Source: the human T2T-CHM13v2.0 reference genome, Homo sapiens
DNA: 64,000 nucleotides
Assembly (NCBI RefSeq): GCF_009914755.1
Contig: NC_060947.1
Direction: 5' to 3' (one strand)
Part shown: piece by piece, positions 57,731 through 64,000 of the stretch
Layout of the letters: every line of letters begins with the position of its first letter
Numbering within the stretch: position 1 is the stretch's first letter
Notes under the pieces: generated by a model
What the model was told of the DNA's origin: nothing
The model's input: only the letters and a program-made list of their open reading frames with translations
The model's database searches: none
Made by a program: the position numbers and the translations under genes

Positions 57731-58785
57731 AAGAAGTGGGGACTTGCTCCAGTGCTTGATGACTGGCTCTGGCTGGGAAAGCCCTTCACGGTTCAGTCCA
57801 TCCAGAGATTCTGGGAAGACCATCTGGCATGGTGCATGGATAGACTTGCTGCTGGATTTCTTGGGAAAGCTGGCTTGGTGAGCAGGTATGGTGGAGCTGG
57901 AACCTGAGTTCATGGATTTGGGCCTGGGTCCTGGTGCCATGGGGACCAACCTGGCTATTGGGGCCAGTCTTGCCCTGGCGTGGGCCTGAAGCCCGAGGCC
58001 ATGTGGGTCAGACTTCCTCTTAGCCTGTCTGGCGCCTGGCATGGGCCTGGAGCCTGAGTCTGAGAGGGCCAGCCTGGGGTCTGAGGCCAAAGGTGCTAGT
58101 GTGGCACTGGGCAAGCCTGGAGCCTTTAATCCTTGGGGGCTGGCCTGGAAGCTGGCTTTGTAGGTTCTGGCCTGGTGCTTGAGGTCACAGGGGTCAGCCT
58201 GGAGCTGGAGTGGGTACAGAGACTAGGTCTGTGGGTGCCAGCCTGAAGTCTGAAACTACAGAAGACGGCCTATCATTGAAGCAGACCAGGTCAAGGGTCA
58301 CAGGGGTTGTCCTGACACTGAGGAGGATCTGGAAGCTGGGTCCACATGTCCAGGCCTGAAGTCTGGGGCTGTAGGGACTGGTCTGCAGGTGATGTCTGCA
58401 TGTGTCAGCCTGGAGTCTGGGGCTCTGGAGGCTGGCTTGGAATCTAAGGCTGTAGGGCCACCTTGGCCCCATGGCAGGGCTGGTGGCTCATTCCATGGGT
58501 GCCAGCCCAGAGCCTGGGGCTGTGAGGCTAGCCTTGCCCCAACGCAGGCTTGGTTCATGGGTGTACCCAGAGTCTAGGGCTGAGGGAGCGGCCTGGCCAT
58601 GGGACCAGTCTGGAGCCTGGGAAAACCAGGGCCTGCCTGGTGATGAGGTGGGCCTGGAGCCCGAGACTGTGGGGGGCTGGACCGGCACTGGGGTGGAGCT
58701 GAAGACAGTGTGCGTGGGTGACCTGGAGCCTGGGACTGCAAGGACAAGCCTGGAGCCTGAGTCTGTGGGGGTCAGCCTATGCTAA

Positions 58786-60425
<1,640 letters not shown>

Positions 60426-60552
60426 GTATTGGCAATACATCTAGGGTCTGTTTCTGGAATCTCTGTCTTTTCTGCTGACTTATATCTACCCCATTGCTAA
60501 TAACATCCTTGTCGTAATTAGTGTAGTACTCTGGTGAGTCTTAGAAGTCAGA

Positions 60553-61183
<631 letters not shown>

Positions 61184-61184
61184 T

Positions 61185-62625
61185 AAAATTGTTTTAATGA
61201 TTGTAGTTCTTTTGATTTTTAGTATAAATTTTAGAACCATGTTGTGTATGTCTACAAAAAATCCTACTATCACTTTAATTGCATTGCGTTAAATATATAG
61301 ATCAGTTCAAGGAGAACTCATATATTTATTGAGTGTTTCCATTCGTAAACACAGTACACTCATGTGTATTCCATTCATTTAGGCCTTCCTGGATTTCTTT
61401 CATTAGCATTGTGTAATTTTCAGAACGTAGAATTTCTTTGATTCATGCCGAGGTATTTCATTGTTGCAGTTATTGTAAATGTCACTGGTTTTTAAATGTT
61501 TTGTTTCTATTTCTATACTTACTTTATATAGAAATACAGTTGATTTTTGTGTATTGAGCAAATACACTCTACCTTTAGTAAACTCACTTATGAGTTCTAG
61601 GAATTTTTTTTTTTGTAGATTCCATGGAATTCTCGGCATAGATAATAATGTCGTATGTGAATACCAGGCAGTTTTATTTCTTCTTTTCCTATCTGAAAGT
61701 CTTTTAATTCTATTTCTTGAATTATTACAATAGGAAGGACTTCTAAGTGTGATGTTGAATAGAAGTGGCAAGAGTAGACATCCTTGTATTGTTCATGAAC
61801 TTAGGAGGAAAACATTCAGGTGTTCACTATTAACTATGATATTAGCTGTGGGTTTTCTTGCAGATTCCCCTTATCAAGCTGAGGAAGGTCTTTTCTATTC
61901 TTAGTTTGCTGAGAGTTTATGTCTTGAATGGATATTGAATTTTGCCAAAGGCTTTTTCTACATCAATTCATATGATCATGTATTTCTTTCTTTTATTGAC
62001 CATTAATATAATGGAATAAATTTATTGTTTGTTTTTAACATTCAATAAGCCCTGCATTCCTGGGATAAGCCTCACATGGTTGAGCTATATATTTTTTAGA
62101 CATTGCTGGATTCAATTTGCTAATATTTTGTGATGATTTTTGCATTTATGTTCGTGAGAGTTGGTGGTCTGTCGTTTCTTGCTTGCTTGCTTCTTTTATA
62201 CAGTCTTTGGGTGGTTTTGGTATCAGGGTGATCCTGGCCTCACAAAATGTGTTGACAAGTAGTCTTTACTGTTCTATTTTTGGGAAGAGATATTGTAGAA
62301 TCGGTATTAATTCTTCTTTGAATGTTTGGTGGAATTTGCCAGTGAAACCACGTGGGTTGGAATATCTTCTTTGGAAGGTATTTTACTATGAATTCCATTT
62401 CGTTTTATATATAAATTTTTTTGTAGAGCTAGGGTCTCACTTTGTTGCCCAGGCTGGTCTCGGTCTTCTGGGCTCAGGCGATTCTCCCAGCTTGGCCTCC
62501 CAAAGTTCAATGTCTTTATAGGACTACTCAAGTTATTTCATATTGGGTGAGTCTTGATAATTCGTGTCTTCAAAAGATTTAGAGATTTAGTCCATTTCAT
62601 GTAAGTTCTTGAATTGAGTTGTTTG
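61185..62625 (-). mobile_element. Old L1 ORF2 (RT region) remnant with an Alu monomer at ~62415-62505
   Basis: PLLFNITL and KKFLELISEFTK peptides on the - strand. Confidence 0.72.
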
Positions 62626-62630
62626 TGGTA

Positions 62631-62701
62631 TTGGGTTGGTGCAGAAGTTTTTGCTATTAAAAGTAACGACAAAAACTGCAATTACTTTTGCACCAACATT
62701 A
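62631..62701. mobile_element. MADE1 (Hsmar1-derived MITE), partially deleted
   Basis: ttgggttggtgcagaagt...gcaattacttttgcaccaac inverted termini flanked by TA. Confidence 0.8.
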
Positions 62702-62736
62702 TACCATCTCTGCCTCTTTTGGGCCATTGTTAGCAT

Positions 62737-63182
62737 GTGTCTTAGTCTGTTTTGTGTTGCTGTAACAGAACGCCTGAGACTGGATAATTTAAAAATAAAA
62801 GAGGTTGATTTAGCTCATGTTTCAGCAAGCTGGGAAGTAGGAGGAGCATGGCACCAGTAACTGCTCAGCTTCTGGTGACAGCCACCTGCTAGGCCAAAAC
62901 ATAGTGGAAAAGGCCAAAGGGGAAGCAGACACGTGCAAAGAGGGAAAAACCGAGGGGCATGCTGGCTTTATGACAAACCTACCGTCATGGGCACTAATCC
63001 AGTCTCACCAGAGCCGGTACTCACTCACTACCTCCAGAACGGCAGCAAGCTCTTCATGAGGGATCTGTCTCCATGACCCGAACACCTCCCACAAGGCCCC
63101 ACCTTCCAACATCACCACACTGGGGATCCAATTTCCCCATAAGTTTTGGCGGGGACAGACGAATCATATCCAAACCATAGCA
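62737..63182 (-). mobile_element. MST-type MaLR LTR
   Basis: tgtcttagtctgttttgtgttgctgtaacagaa...atccaaaccatagca. Confidence 0.8.
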
Positions 63183-63266
63183 GTATATTTCTATATTCCC
63201 AGGATCTGGAAAGATCCCAATAAGATGAATTTTTTTTATAATGTGCATTTTTCTGTGCACTTAATG

Positions 63267-63600
63267 TGTAATAAAGAATGGGATGCTTGGACTTTGTCCC
63301 TGAGTCCTGGGAGATAACCTCTAATCCCTTGCAATTTCCTGAGTGACACTGTCATTCCTGATGGGTCCCATGGACCACACTTCATGGTTTATGCTAATGA
63401 GGTGAGTCATGGGAGGCCCCTAGATAGTTTGTGTGATGAGATGACTCCAAATGGAGGCTGGCCAGACCAGAAAGACCAATCATATGACTAGAGGGTTGGG
63501 GCATTGAACTATGTGATATCAGCCCAGTCACCAGAGAGAGGGAGGGAGGCTGTAGATGGAGTTAAACCAGATGGCCAACTAACAGATGGCCAACACACAG
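63267..63600 (+). mobile_element. MER21-like LTR fragment
   Basis: tgtaataaagaa...tcctgggagataacctctaatcccttg...tttatgctaatgaggtga. Confidence 0.6.
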
Positions 63601-64000
63601 GGTTTATCTGAATTATCTCATCTGCCATTACCAGGAGAAGACATAGGGCTTATTCCCATATCAGTGATCACTCCTCAGTCTTTACTGGTTCCTCATTTTC
63701 TCTCAAAATTCTCTTTCTGGGGATGGGAGGATGTTGAAAATGTTCTATATTTTGATCTGGATGGCGGTTACATGGGTGTATAACTGTGATAAAATTGTAG
63801 ACTTATGTTTCTGTGATTTGCTGTATGTAGGTAATACCTCAATTTTTAAAAGACGTCATATAAAAGTGGAAATACATGGTGCAAGCTGGAAGAAGATCTT
63901 TATCCTATATACAATTGACAAAAGATTGGTATCAATAATATATTTTGAGAACTTGTAGAAATCAATAAGAAAGACAAACAACCCAGTAAGAAAATAGGCA

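Noticed and set aside
57880-58785. Recurring ggcctggagcctg motif with variable spacers, superficially array-like
   Set aside because: Irregular spacing and degenerate units; best explained as the repeat-rich 5' UTR of an old L1M. CRISPR is not applicable to primate DNA.

Overview
Hominoid (probably human) genomic DNA, dominated by Alu, L1, MaLR/ERV1 LTR, MIR and DNA-transposon remnants plus two SVA elements. The only recognisable protein-coding content is an ~11.3-kb, almost spacer-less inverted duplication (about 34.96-46.27 kb) carrying two head-to-head, six-exon CXorf49-family genes on a shared CpG/CCAAT-rich promoter; the family suggests Xq13.1. The + strand copy is intact (518 aa). The - strand copy keeps its ATG, all splice sites and its polyA signal but has an in-frame TAG in exon 3 that removes the conserved C-terminal CxxC/coiled-coil module. 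Notable extras: (1) a 58-bp antisense copy of the intact gene's own coding sequence inserted just upstream of its ATG, able to form a stem that loops out the start codon; (2) mosaic arm-to-arm identity, with exon 2 far more diverged than the adjacent intron; (3) an SVA that shares one target-site duplication with 1.5 downstream Alus (3' transduction); (4) a locally scrambled old L1. Repeat family names come from remembered consensus sequences and repeat boundaries are approximate.
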